From: Squalus acanthias
Lineage: Eukaryota
Reading direction: 5' to 3'
Length of the DNA stretch: 64,000 nt
Assembly: GCA_030390025.1 (NCBI GenBank)
Contig: CM059432.1
Coordinates: 15,440,001 to 15,504,000 of the forward strand
Of the stretch, positions 36,733 through 50,358 are shown one piece after another. Both the position numbers and the translations under genes were made by a program. Position 1 is the stretch's first letter. The number at the start of each line of letters is the position of its first letter. The notes under the pieces were generated by a model that made no database searches, had not been told where the DNA came from, and saw nothing but the letters and a program-made list of their open reading frames with translations.

Positions 36733-37116
36733 TTTAGGCTGACACTCCAGTGCAGTGCTGAGGGAGTGCTGCACTGTTGGAGGTGCCGTCTTTCGGATAA
36801 GACGTTAAACCGAGGTCCCGTTTGCTCTCTCAGGAGGACGTAAAAGATCCCATGGCACTATTTAGAAGAAGAGCAGGGCAGTTTTCCCCGGTGTCCTGGC
36901 CAATATTTATCCCTCAACCAACATAACAAAAAAACAGATGATCTGGTCATTATCACATTGCTGTTTGTGGGAGCTTGCTGTGCGCAAATTGGATGCCGCG
37001 TTTCCCACATTACAACAGTGACTACACTTCAAAAACATACTTCGTCGGCTGTAAAGCGCTTTGGGACGTCCGGTGGTCGTGAAAGGCGCTATAGAAATGC
37101 AAGTCTTTCTTTCTTT
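36733..37116 (+). mobile_element. DeuSINE (SacSINE1-like), head truncated
   Basis: GATAAGACGTTAAACCGAGGTCC..AAAGATCCCATGGCAC; (CTTT)n tail. Confidence 0.85.
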
Positions 37117-37754
37117 CAATGGAAAGGATGATCGGGTGGTGTGCAAAACGTGCGGCCGGCCCACTGCCCTCCCGTTTCCCACCTGACAGGAACAGTTAAA
37201 ATCAGACCCGTTTCACCGAGCCTCATTGTGATTATGCTGCTGGAGGTGGCGCAGAAGCACAGGTCAAAGCCGTCCAGTTTGATGGTGAGCACTGCCTCTG
37301 TTGGGCACAAGCGCTTTGTGGCAGCTGTCAGTGGCAAAGTCTGGATATAAATGCACTAGTAGAGAACTCAGGAGAATGACACTTACACCTGTTCGACTCT
37401 AGTTCGTGACAAATGAAGTCTTACCAGACTGGCTTGTTTGGATGAAGAATTAAATGATTAGCATAATTGTGAAGATAAGAATGGGACCATTAACATGTAG
37501 GTTAAGGTGACCACTGTGGATGGACTGCAAAATAATCAATTTAACCAAAATTCTCCTGATGATTAAGTGTCATCTAACAAACATATTCCATAGAATTGAA
37601 AAGAAAAAAATTACCGGGGTGAAATTTAACTTCGACGGGGGCACAGAACGGGCTGTAGCAGATCGACCGTCCGTTAAAACTATTGAAGTCAATAGATAGG
37701 AAAATCGAGCGAGGTGTACAATGGGGCAGATTCAATAGTAATGTTCAAAAGGAA

Positions 37755-38210
37755 ATGACATAGTATTTACAGCATTGAAATAGGTCATTTGACCCAACCG
37801 GTCTATGCCGGTGTTTATGCTCCACACGAGCCTCCACCCACTCTATTTACTTCATCTCACCCGATCAGCATATCCTTCTATTCCTTTCTCCCACATGTAC
37901 CTATCTAGCTTCCTCTTAAATGCATCTGATATTCGCCTCAACTGCTCCTTGTGGTAGCGAGTTCCACATTCTCATCTCTCTAGGTAAAGAAGTTGCTCCT
38001 GGATTCCAAATCGGATTGATTAGTGTTATTATATTTATGGCCGTTAGTTTTGGACTCCCCCACAAGTGGAAACACCTTCTCTATGTCTACCCTATCTAAC
38101 CCCTTCATAATTTTCAAGACCCCCAACAGGTCACCTCTCAGCCTTCTCTTTTTTAGAGAAAAGAGCCCCAGCCTGGTCAGTCTTTCCTGATAGTTGTACC
38201 CTTTCTGTTC
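37755..38210 (-). mobile_element. CR1 3' fragment (old)
   Basis: Reverse CR1 tail and RLRGDL-region sequence. Confidence 0.75.
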
Positions 38211-39934
38211 TGTTAGGACTGTACTGCAGTATATATCAATGTCTTGAGGAGGGCGGAAAGTTGGGAGGGGAAGAAAAGAAAGAACTTATGGGATACGGCA
38301 CTCTGATCAGACACTTCCCCTGGCAGTGTAAGTCATAATAACATTGTTAATGACATATAAAATCATAACAATTTTATGGAATCAGCCAACCAGACGGAAG
38401 AGATGAAACAATTACATTGGCATACATCAGTGACATTATTTCACATCTCTGAGTTAGAAAAGAAGATGACAATGCTCCTTTAACAAAGGCCTCCAGGCAG
38501 GCAATACTTTAGATAGCTTTAAATGGTTGTGTTGCTATATTCGTGGGTACTGCACAAAACTAAATGAAACAGAATATACTATTAGGTAAAGAATGTGCAT
38601 CTAGCCCAGACTGAGAGGATGAAAGTCTTTTTTTCTCTCTACTAACTATAAGGATCATTTGTGAAGTCAGTTTGGGAAATCGCAACCCAGTTGCTAGTAG
38701 CTCTGAACCTACAGCACCAAAATGTCCCGAGTTCCACACCAGTTGACACAACATTGGCAATCTCACACAGAAAAATGTTAAAGATAATTGGTGTAAAAAA
38801 TGGGAAAATTCATACTGGTGCAGTCGGGGCCGCTCTTCTGACGTTGGGGCTAAGGCACGTTGTTAGGTTCAAAATAAAGGCATCTTGACTCTGCAACTAG
38901 TTATTCTATCCGGGTGAGAACATTTGCAAAATGATTCCACTCCCTAGCACTGAAATCCATCACCTCGATCAGCACAACATTCACCAGTATCAATTGTTTA
39001 ATTTGAAACTATTAGCTATTTTAGAAGTTTTTCACCTCCTTCAACATGGAGCCATCTCTTGGTTCTTCCATAATTATAAGGATTCATAAGGCAACTCTTA
39101 CAAATTTCAGGACTGTTCTAGATATTCTCTTGTGTTCAGTATCACTAGTTTTTCCCATATCCGGATCCCATGTCCCTTATGATCAGGAGTTTGCCTTTAC
39201 AGCCCAATCATTACTCATACAACTCAGCGCCATAACAATGAAGCCCCTTTGTTATATGAACCGGTTACTATAAACTTGCACGTGCCTCCATATACGCTTC
39301 TCCAATCCTTCAAAAAGCACAACTGATGTACACTCTGGTGACTCAAGGCCAATGGAAAACAGGAAGCTGATGTAGTTCACAAAGTGGTAAATCAAGAATT
39401 TTAACTTGTTTCATAACGCTTCCCACAAGTAAAACAACACAAATGCCACATTATTCCAGTTAGTGGGTTTACGTAATTTTTTCTAGTCAGCCTCTTCTCT
39501 GAATCTGACTGGTTCTATCAGAAACAGAGGTGGTTTTGTTCCATCTCTGTTTCGCTTTTCCACGAACATGTATTTCTCTCTTTTGCTCCCTTCCTAGACA
39601 GAAGGTTAGCAGTTTGACCTCTGACTCCTTCCCTATCCAGGGGTTGACTGGTGGTGCTGCCTGTAAAATAGGCTACCAGTTCCCAAGGAGTAGATTTCTG
39701 ACAGAACCGCCCCTCTCCACCCCCCACCTCTCGGAAAACATTTTCCCAGTGGCTCCAGCTAGCTTCCTCTGTCAAGATATCAGAAAGCTTGCTGGACCCT
39801 TGAGAATTAACCCTTAAAATTCAGGGTCTATATCAAAATCACATTATAGCTGAAGCCAATCCCTCCTGAGTAAAATAGATAGAAATCCCAAAACATTGCC
39901 ATGATACAATATAAAAGCAAGAACCTATGAACGC

Positions 39935-41500
39935 ACTATAGAAGCTTACAGCGCAGAAGAAGGCCACTCAGCCCACTGGGTCTGCGTCAACTCTTTGCTG
40001 GAGCAATCCAAAACTAAACCCATTGACCTGGTCTCTCCCATAGCCTTGTATCTTCCTCTGCTTCTAACATTTATCCACTTTTCCCTTAAACGATGCAATG
40101 GTCTCTGCCTCAACTACTCCCTGTGGCAAAACACTCCATGGTCCAACAAGCCTTTTAAATTGATAATCCCTTGTCACTGATATCCTAACAGAGGAAATAG
40201 TTTTTCCCCATTCACCCTATCAAAATTTTGTGTAATTTTAAAAACCTCTATTAAATCTCCTCTTAACCTTCTGTTTCCCAGTGCAAATTGTACCAGTATC
40301 TCAAGTCCTTCTTCACAACTATAGGGCGCGATCTTGCCAGCCCTGGGGAGGCCGGTTTGGAGGTGGGATTGCCGGGAAAATGGCAGAATTTGGGGGCGGG
40401 TGCCCAACCCGCCCCCAACCCGCCTCCGTGCCATCTTGCCAGGAGGCGGGTAGCCGTCCCGCGCCGGGTCCCGTCTCCTTGGATGCGGGAAGGGATTACA
40501 TCCACTTAACTGCCTATTAACAGGTAGTTAACAGGCAAAAAATAGGATTATCCCCTTTTTGCCCACACAAGTGCGGGCTTCCCGAAGGCTCCGAACCCCG
40601 CCAGGTCACCGAGGCGAGTAGGGGGTCGGAGGGGGTCGGAGGGGTCCAAAAGTGTGCTGTGGAGGTGAGTGATGGGTGCAAGTGTGGAGAGGTGAGTATC
40701 TGGGGTAAGAGCAAAGTGTTAGAAAAAGTGTACTTACCTTTGTTTCTTCCTGCAGGCTTCAATCGGTGGTTATGCGGAGAGTCTCACACCTCCGCGGCAG
40801 AGATGACAGATGGCCGTTGCATTCTCCAATGCAACAACCATCTCATTTCTGCAAAAGAAAGAGGTTTGATGAGGTCTTGAATTCAAGACCTCAAAGACTT
40901 CATCAAACTACAGAGAATGTCAGTGTTTGACAACTTCACAGAGCTGTCAAACGATGACAATTCATCTGTCAAAAATTTTTGACAGATGAAACGTCATACG
41001 TTGACGTTCTCTGCAACCGGCTTTCCCTTAATTGGCCTGCTAAGCCCGCTGGGCGGGCTTAACAAGGTCAATCAAGGGAAAATAGCGTGGGTTGGCCAGA
41101 AGTCGATGGAGGCGGGACTGAAACCCGACAAGTGGGAGTCCCGCCTCCAGAAGCTCCCCATTGAGAAAATCACCCCCCTAGTTTCTTAATCTCTGCTATC
41201 AACCTGGTGAGTCTACACTGTGCACTCTCTATGGCTTTAATGTTCTTTCTATAAAGGGGCACCCAAAACTACACACAATATTCTAACAGTGGCCTAACCA
41301 TTGATTTGTACAAATTTATCATTACTTCTTTACTTTTGTACTTTATGTCCTGACATATAAAACCCAAAATGCTATTGGTGTTTTTTTTTATAGCTTTATA
41401 TCTACCTCCCCTCGCACTTTCAGAGAATTATGCATTTGAATCCCTAAGTTTCTCTGTTCGTCCACACTTATCGGTATCTTCCCATTGAGTGCACACTCCG
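39935..41500 (-). mobile_element. Old CR1 fragment interrupted by a MITE
   Basis: RRLRGDLIEVFKI..FDRVNGEKLFPL; resumes after 41180. Confidence 0.75.
40324..41177. mobile_element. GC-rich MITE (Harbinger-type), ~850 bp
   Basis: Termini GGGCGCGATCTT / AAAATCACCCCC, flanks ATA/CTA, clean interruption of the CR1 sequence. Confidence 0.75.
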
Positions 41501-43049
41501 AATGGGTTGAAACTGTGCTGCACATATCAGTAACACATTTATATGAAATCCTTTTGCCCACCATTTTAATAAAGGTATGAGCTGCTTTTGTAACATGTTA
41601 AAATACAGAAGAATCTGCTACTAGTAACACACAGCACAAGTTGAACCCATAAACACGCACAAGCTAGTCTATGAGCCAGCAAACCACACTGCTGCCAAAC
41701 AGCTGCACAGTAGTACTTACAGTACTACAGTAACTGCCTTGTGGTAGCTATCCTACAAGCCAAATGCCACAATAAGGAATAAAATCCACAGTCCTATGCC
41801 ACACTGCCAAATCAACCTCAGAACCTGCCAGCATTTGCAAAAGTTGGTAAGAAAACAAATATATAGTTAAAATTAATTAGTAAATATACATAATTTATAT
41901 ATATGATAGCTAAAGGCTGTATTTCAATTTTGATATTTAGATGATATTTGCAGACCACTTGAGCTGTGTGTTTGTTCATAGTTAATGACATTGACTCAAC
42001 TCCTAAATTATACCTCATAATCATTCTCTTGCTGTTCATTTCTCTATTGTGTAAACTTAAATAATTACCTTCGGTGACAGAAGAACCTTAAACCCCCATC
42101 AGTCAGCTAGATGTGAAGATCTGGGGCTTCAAAAAAGTGCTCTTACTCTAAATTCAGAATGAGCTGAAGTAGGTTGGAGGCAGCGTGAGTGAAAGTAAAG
42201 GAGCAGGTGGATGTATTGAGAGTATTTTGAAGTGAGCCCTCATCCTTGACCTGAAACGCCAGCTGTGAGCAACACAAATGTCTTTGTTTAAAGAGATCAG
42301 TGGTGAGGTGCCAGCTGCTGGAGAACGACTCCTCACGAAGCAGTGGATGCAGATTAATTAGCTACCTGTTGCATCAGTACAGGCCAACTATCACATTTTT
42401 CTACAACACACAAGAACGTGATCCCCATTCAAAGAGTGAGAAAATAACTGCGTACATATCCCCCGCAACCAGACGTGCTCATCATCATGTCACCTCTGAC
42501 TAATCAACTTACAAGGAAATATAAGTTTAGCAATTAGGGTGAGAGACAGTAACAAATAGTAACAGTTCATTCTCCGCCCACACATGCCCTTAGTCAGCCA
42601 TAGTCATTTAAAAATCTCAGAATCTTTTGTACAGTCAAAAAAGAAATCAGGGGGAAAAAAAAATCACTTCCAGGCTGCGATGAGTAGCAACATTGCCAAC
42701 AAATGTGGGAAGATTTCCTTTGGTCATTATTTCTACTGCAGTCGAAAGGAGGACATCTATGATTTTTCTAGAAGTACAACGCCTGAGGAAATCATCCCGC
42801 CTTTGTTTATCATCCCCACTGATGTTGCTTTCTGTCGCCTTTTGTGTTCCAGGACGAAAACCGAAAGTACAGCTTGGCGTTTTGGAGGGAGAACCCGACC
42901 AGATAGTTCCTGGATTTGTTTTCTTTCAGCATTTTCTGTTTTGATTTCAGATTTCCAATATTCATCGGTTTTCTTTTTTTTTAATTTTGTTCTCATCAAG
43001 GTGAGGAGAGATTTTAGTGCTGGGGAATTCAGATACCCACAGTCAGCAT

Positions 43050-43404
43050 CAAGCACTGGGGAACCAAGGGTCTAATGAGGGTGAGGAACTTAACGCAATT
43101 AATATAAGTAGAGAAAAAGTACTAGAGAAACTAAGGGGACTAAAAGCCGACAAATCCCCTGGACCTGACGGCCTACATCCTCGGGTTCTAAAAGAGGTGG
43201 CTGCAGAGATCGTGGATGCATTGGTTTTGATCTTCCAAAATCCCTAGGTTCTAGAACGGTCCCAGCGGATTGGAAGGTAGCAAATGTAACACCGCTATTC
43301 ATGAAAGGAGGGAGAGAGAAAAAAACAGGGAACGACAGGCCAGTTAGCCTGACATCAGTCGTCGGGAAAATGCTGGAAGTGGTATCAGGGCACTTAGAAA
43401 ATCT
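43050..43404 (+). mobile_element. CR1 ORF2 internal fragment
   Basis: LKADKSPGPDGLHPRVLKE..DWKVANVTPLF..RPVSLTSVVGKMLE. Confidence 0.9.
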
Positions 43405-44055
43405 TCAAGATATTCTTGACGGATCTTCCGCATCCCCGGGAGATGGGCCTCTGCGGGTGGAGAGTTGCGCTATTTGCCCAACGTCTGCCCGCTGAATGCC
43501 TGTGAAATTCTTACACCTGGTAAAAGCTGGCGTAAGGCCTGCTTTTACCAGCATAAGAGTTTTAAAAAATAGAAAAATAATTTTTTTTCACTCATTTATA
43601 CATTAAAAACCCTGTCCAATAAGGTGAGTTTATTTTTAGCCCCGTTAAAACGTATTTTTAAAAATTCCAAAAATTAAATTTTTGTTTAAAATATTTAATT
43701 AAATGGCATTTTAATTAATTTTAAATATGTAATTTAAAAAAAATTTATTTCATGTGTTTGTGTATTTTTTAAGTCATCCCCATTCATACTTATGACAGTT
43801 CCGTACGCACAGAATCCCCAGAAGTATGAATGGGGATTTCCCTTCTTTTATTGGTTGGGCCGGCCCACGTGATCCCAGGGGCGCTTGCGAACCACCGCAT
43901 GGGCCCCTGGGATACGTGGGCCTCTGCCCGCGCGGACCCGGAGAGGCCCAGGATCGTAATCCTCTGTACCTCCCGGACCATCCGGTAAAGGCGTAGATAT
44001 TTTACAGGTCGGAGGCATCCGCCCATGGGAAGCCTCCGATTGCAAATGTTGGCCC
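43405..44055. mobile_element. MITE with GC-rich ends and AT-rich centre
   Basis: CpG-rich arms, AT-rich core 43560-43780, right end GCAAATGTTGGCCC followed by AAT. Confidence 0.55.
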
Positions 44056-44149
44056 AATGTGACACAATAGTTAATGCGGCTAATGTAGTGGGGCCAATGT
44101 AAGTAATGTGATGTCACAATATTGTACAGTGCATGTGAAAAGAGCCCCC

Positions 44150-44510
44150 CCACCCCAATGGCTTAATATGCATGCTCCAGTGTGGATTTGAGCTCTGACC
44201 ACGAAGGTTCCAGTCTGCATGGAAGCATCTGATTTCAGCCGGGTGGGATTGCCCACTGTAGTTGAGTTCATTGCCTTCGGGTTAGGGAAGGCAAGCACCA
44301 TCTAGAGTTTCTGTTTCTGATTGCCATCCTGTGAGCCCTGCGGGAAGTTGCACATCAGTGGCTGTTGGCGAGCCTGCCAATTGTTTAGGCTCGCATGTTT
44401 AGAAGGGTCATTTGGACAAGGTATCGGAGGCCGGCCAGTGCCCTTGGAGCCAAAGCCCAGAGTGAATCAGCGTCTTCAGGAGAAGATGCGAGAGAATTAG
44501 AGAAGGAAGG
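44150..44510 (+). mobile_element. LF-SINE-like SINE
   Basis: CTGATTGCCATCCTGTGA..; TAGGCTCGCATG..GAAG..CATTTGGACAAGGTATCGGAGG..AATCAGCGTCTTCAGGAGA. Confidence 0.6.
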
Positions 44511-44712
44511 GAAAACAAAAAGAAGCAAAAACAAGGGATAATTTTCTGATTTTGTGCTCCTGGCTTGCAGCCGTGCCTGTTAGAAGTGCATATTGGAGAA
44601 TTGGGCACGCATGATTTTACAAAACATTTAAATTAATGGTCAAAAGTTTGTGCAAAGTAAAGGTGGGCAAGGCTCTCTACCAGGAGAGTAAAGTTAGAAA
44701 ATTACACCTAAT

Positions 44713-45328
44713 GGGATACATTTTGAGGCCTCCCACCCAACAGTTAGCGCCCCAAAAATGGTGGGAAATATCTTACCGCCCGTTCCCATCATTGCCGTGT
44801 CCACCGCAATCTTCCCCTAAGCCTAGCAATGGGTGGCCGGAGCGTCTGCCTGAGTCAGGTGGTAGGCCCTTTTAAAATACAAATTGGGGTCCTATGTATG
44901 CCATTTTAGGAGAGGACTGGGTGCATTGTGTGCTGCGCAGGGTCTGCCCAGAGTCAGCTGGCAGTCCAGCACAAAAGGAGCCGACAGATAAATTTGTATT
45001 TATTTTTCTGGGGTGAAGAGGAGCAGGTCATTCCTCTGGGCTGTACAAAACCAGTCTCGACCACTGCCTCTCCATGTGTCCCCCCCACCCCCCAGATCAC
45101 CCCCTTCCCGGGAATGACATCCTTCCGGCCCGGAGGCCACCCGGGTGCCCATTATTGCAGCGGCCTGGGCCTGGCGGGCACTTGTTTTCCACCCGTAGCC
45201 CATCGGAAGAACGGTAATGAGACCCCCACCCTCAGGACAGACCAGGCCTCCTGCCAAATAACAAGTGGCCGATGGGCACACGCCACTGGCTGGCCGCCCA
45301 TCGTCCACTCCAGGTGAAAATCTACCCC
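44713..45328. mobile_element. GC-rich MITE (Harbinger-type), AAT TSD
   Basis: Termini GGGATACATTTT / AAAATCTACCCC; AAT at 44710-44712 and 45329-45331. Confidence 0.75.
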
Positions 45329-45469
45329 AATGTGTTTCGTGTAACAATGCACTTCTATGATTTGCCTGTGAGAGTAGGGAGATAGCCAGATCCTACTGAC
45401 TGTTTGAAATAGAAAGATGGTGCAAGATTTCTTTTACTCTATTTGTGCCAGTTTCGCCCCTTAGCCTGC

Positions 45470-45835
45470 TCCTCCCCTGAATTGGTGCCGGTGTATAGTT
45501 TAAACAGCGCAGGCCATCCTCTGGTGTCTCAACCAAGTGGTCATTCCTCATGGGTGAGCCTAGATGGTGACTGTTGGCAAGATAGCCATCTCGGTGGAGC
45601 ATCACAGCTGAGCTTAACCCTGACATCCATGCTCGTGCAGGGATCACTCGAATACTGATCAGGAGCAGAAACCTGGCTGATTTTTTTCCCCCCCTGTCCA
45701 TAGCCCAGCAATGTTGAGGCCAATTATAGCATCCCAGCTACGATCAGCTAGCTCCACACAGGCCAGCGACCCAACCTGAGTTACCCATGGTTCGTGTGTG
45801 TGTGGACAGTATGTTTACCAACTGAGTCATTGGAA
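45470..45835 (-). mobile_element. LF-SINE-like SINE
   Basis: CCAAGTGGTCATTCCTCATGGGTGAGCCTAGA; GATCAGGAGCAGAAACCTGGCTGATTTTT; GAGGCCAATT. Confidence 0.65.
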
Positions 45836-47814
45836 AACTCTTCTGTTCTCATTTCCAACCGAACTTTGCACGATATAATTTGAAAAATAATTACTTGCAG
45901 ATGTGACTGGCAGCTCACTGACTTGGTTTCACTGGTCACACATCATTGTTCACAGCCCTGGCAAACTATCTTGCAATGAGACTCTGGTCGATGCCAAAAC
46001 GCCTTTGAGTCTTTTGAGAACTGCAGTGTTAATTCCCTCCAAAGCTAAGGCGGTTTTGAAAAGATTACCTGATCCCGATTTATTCCATGAATACTATAAA
46101 TTAAGTAATAATTTTCTGTTTCTGGTACAGTAGTTGCTTTAATTCCACTATGCAACATCATTCGAAGCTTGTAACTTAGCAGCTGTTAAATTGGAAGACG
46201 GACAAGAGGATTTAGAAAGACTGTAAAAGTCTTTCGGTACTCAAAGGGTTTGAACTGCCTGGGGAATAGAAGCGTATAGCATTGTGCCAAAAAACAGGAA
46301 AGCACTCAGCTGCTGACTCAAACTTTGTGCTCTGTAAAACAATGCAAGGCTCTGGCCAACACTGATTGACATTGTATCATGAAAGGAAGTCGGGCGAGGG
46401 ACATAATGAAAGATACAAAAAAGGGAATAGCTGATCCCAGTGCAGTGGTGTATTTTAGGTTACTGTCTGCGACAGGGTTTATTGTGGTGGAAGTACTGGG
46501 TGGGGTGGCTGGCTGGGCCTCTAGTGCTTGAACTGAAGCCATAAACTGCCCTGCTAGTCAATACGGTACTTCTCAACGGGAGCTCGGTTTAAATAATGCT
46601 TGACTGTCTCAAATAGGTGTTTGCTATTTAATCGGAATTAAAATACATGGGCGAAGAGAGCTAAATGCTGTTGGAATCCTATCCCAGCCTGTAAGATAAT
46701 GGTAGAAAGAGGCAGACAGACAATAAAATGCTTTCAGATCTGTTGAGCGATTTTCCTACAGTGTGTGTTATATAAAAAACATGTGTAGACATTGAACATT
46801 CACTTATACTGAAAGCCATGCCTTCCAGCATACCAACCGTAAGCTCTTAACTATCCTGTGATTGTTGAGACACCCGCTGTAATGCATGTACCAATGCGAC
46901 TATTTCTTTCTGCTTTATTTGGTAATGCCTTAAAGGAGAATGAGACTCTACTGTGAATGCTAAAGAGGAAGGAAGGTAAGTGCACAAAACAGATGCTTTT
47001 CTACATAACTATCCCGTTATTGTTAGTCTTTCAAAAAATTATAGCTATTCATCTAATAATTGTTTTTAATAATCTGTTATGTCATGATCAGTTACTGAAT
47101 TCCATCAGTTAATTTGGCGACATCATGGGGATGATATCTATTATGGAGAAGCGAGAATGAAGCTGTTTTTCGACAGACTAAAGTCGTCCTGGCAATCAGT
47201 TTCTCACTGCCACTTAAAAAATTAAAGCCACAAGACAAACAATCAAGGGCATTTATCTGGGAAAATGCTTGTTTCCTACGCCTTCCTTCCCGATCTCTCC
47301 CATGTGTATATTTTGCTTTTTTTTTATGCAAAAGATTAAAACACTTTAATGGCTTCTCTGTGGGTCCTTGTCAGTTTCCATTTGTTGAAGAAAATGATGG
47401 TAATTTGGGAGCACTCTGCTGACGTGAAAGAACGGGATCCTCTTGGATTGGGCCCATTTGGTACCAGTATTGTCAGAGTGTGTTCACACTGTTTTCACAC
47501 ATTTTCGCCCAGTCTTCACTGGGCTTTCCTTCTCCTTTATAATTATCCAGTCGAGAGCTTGGAATTTTTCAGAGACGTGTTTACTTTATAACTGGTACAA
47601 AATAAATAGAAATGTACCTCGATGGCACTGGGCACCACTACTTCGCCGTTTTAGCTTCAATCAACCTCCACCCCCAATCCAATCATTTCCTAATCTAAAC
47701 CATATTAGTTGGACACTCATGGTATTCCTGCAGGAATGAGGGAAAATTGTACACAATAATACATCCTGGGTAACACTTGGTACCATTAGCAACAAGTCAA
47801 GGGGATCAAACATT

Positions 47815-50358
47815 GACTCCGGACCCCATGAAGTCTCATGGCTTCAGGTCAAGCATGGACAAGGAAACCTCCTGCTGATTACCACCTACCGCCCTCCCTC
47901 AGCTGATGAATCAGTACTCCTCCATCTTGAAAATCACTTGGAAGAATCACTGAGAGTCGCAAAGGCGCAGAACGTACTCTGGGTGGGGGACTTCAATGTC
48001 CATCACCAAGAGTGGCTCGGTAGCACCACAACTGACCAAGCTGGCCGAGTCCTGAAGGACATAACTGCCAGTCTGGGCCTGCAACAGGTGGTGAACCAAC
48101 ACAAGGGAAAAATCTACTTGACCTCGTCTTCACCAATCTACCTGTCGCAGATGCATCTGTCCACGACAGCATTGGTAGCAGTGACCACCACACAGTCATT
48201 GTGGAGACGAAGTCCCGTCTTCACACTGAGGACACCCTCCATCGTGTTATGTGACACTACTGCCGTGCTAAATGGGATAGATCCAGCAGCTCGAAATTGG
48301 GCATCCATGAGGCGCTGTGGGCCATCAGCAGCAGCAGAATTGTATTCCATCACAATCTGTAACCTCATGGCCCGGCATATCCCTCACTCTACCATTACCA
48401 TCAAGCCATGGAACCAACCCTGGTTCAATAAGGAGTGTAGAAGAGCATGCCAGGAGCAGCACCAGGCGTACTTAAAAATGCGGTGCCAACCTGGGGATGC
48501 TGCAACACAGGACTACATGCGTGCTAAAAAGCGGAAGCAGCAATCCTGCCACATCCAGTCGTGAATGGTGGTGGACCATTAAACAACTAACGGGAGGGGG
48601 AGGCTCCATGAATATCCCCATCCTCAATGATGGTGGAGCCCAGCACGTGAGTGCAAAAGACAAAGCTGAAGCGTTTGCAACCATCTTCAGCCAGAAGTGC
48701 CGAATGGATGATCCATATCGGCCTCCTCCTGAGGTCCTCACCACCACAGAAGACAGTCTTCAGCAACTTGATTCACTCCACGTGATATCAAGAAACGGCT
48801 GAGCGCACTGGATACAACAAAGGCTATGGGCCCTGACAACATCCCAGCTGTCGTGCTGAAGACTTCTGCTCCTGAACTATCTATGCCTCTAGCCAAGCTG
48901 TTCCAGTACAGCTACAACACTGGCATCTATCCGACAATGTGGAAAACTGCCCAGGTATGTCCTGTCCACAAAAAGCAGGACAAATCCAATCCGGCCAATT
49001 ACCGCCCCATCAGTCTACTCTCAATCATCAGCAAAGTGATGGAAGGTGTCATCAACAGTGCTATCAAGCGGCACTTACTCACCAATAACCTGCTCATTGA
49101 TGCCCAGTTTGGGTTCCGCCAGGACCACTCGGCACCAGCCTTGATCCAAACATGGATAAAAAAGCTGAATTCCAGAGGTGAGGTGAGAGTGACGGCCCTT
49201 GACATCAATACAGCATTTGACCGAGTCTGGCATCAAGGAGCCCTAGTAAAACTGAAGTCAATGGGAATTGGGGGGGAAACTCTCCACTGGCTGGAGTCAT
49301 ACCTAGCACAAAGGAAGATGGTTGTGGTGGTTGGAGGTCAATCATCACAGCCCCAGGACAACGCTGCAAGAGTTCCTCAGGGCTGTGTCCTAGGCCCAAC
49401 CATCTTCAGCTGCTTCATCAATGACCTTCCCTCCATCATAAGGTCAGAAGTGGGGTTGTTCGCTGATGACTGTTCAGTGCCATTTGCAACTACTCAGATA
49501 ATGAAGCAGTCCATGCTCGCATGCAGCAAGACCTGGACAACATTCAGGCTTGGGCTGATAAGTGGCAGGTAACATTTGCACCACACAAGTACCAGGCAAT
49601 GACTATCTCCAACAAGCGAGAGTCTAACCACCGCCCCTTGACATTCAATGGCATTACCATCGCCGAATCCCCCACCATCAACATCCTGGAGGTCACCATT
49701 GACCAGAACCTTAACTGGACCAGCCACATAAATACTGTGGCAACAAGAGCAGGTCAGAGGCTCGGTATTCTGCGGCGAGTGTCTTACCTCCTGACTCCCC
49801 ACAGCCTTTCTACCATCTACAAGGTACAAGTCAGGAGTGTGATGGAATACTCTCCACTTGCCTGCATGAGTGCAGCTCCAACAACACTCAAGAAGCTCGA
49901 CACCATCCAAGACAAAGCAGCCCACTTGATTGGCACCCCATCCACCACCTTAAACATTCACTCCCTCCACCACCGGCGTACCATGGCTGCAGTGTGTACC
50001 ATCTACAAGATGCACTGCAGCAACTCGCCAAGGCTTCTTCGGCAGCACCTCCCAAACCCGCGACCTCTTCCACCTAGAAGGACAAGGGCAGCAGGCGCAT
50101 GAGAACACCACCACCACCTCCAAGTTCCCCTCCAAGTCACACACCATCCTGACTTAGAAGTATATCGCCGCTCCTTCATCGTCGCTGGGTCAAAATCCTG
50201 GAACTCCCTCCCTAACAGCACTGTGGGAGTACCTTCACCACACGGACTGCAGCGGTTCAAGAAGACGGCTCACCACCACCTTCCCAAGGGCAATTAGGGA
50301 TGGGCAATAAATGCTGGCCTTGTCAGCGACGCCCACATCGCAGGAACGAATTTTTAAA
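47815..50358 (+). mobile_element. Decayed LINE (CR1/jockey group; endonuclease end + reverse transcriptase + 3'UTR)
   Basis: YRPPS..VGDFNVH (APE endonuclease), PWFN, GPDNIP..NYRPISLLS..QFGFR..AFDRVWH..VPQGCVLGP..FADD (ORF 48826-49572), C-terminal ORF 49521-50102; multiple frameshifts. Confidence 0.92.

Noticed and set aside
42584..43075. 163-aa ORF and overlapping ORFs
   Set aside because: No recognisable domain; runs through a Penelope-type fragment and into CR1 sequence
47938..50102. Three to four long ORFs that could be called a host gene or active RT
   Set aside because: Frameshifted, internally deleted, 5'-truncated LINE ORF2
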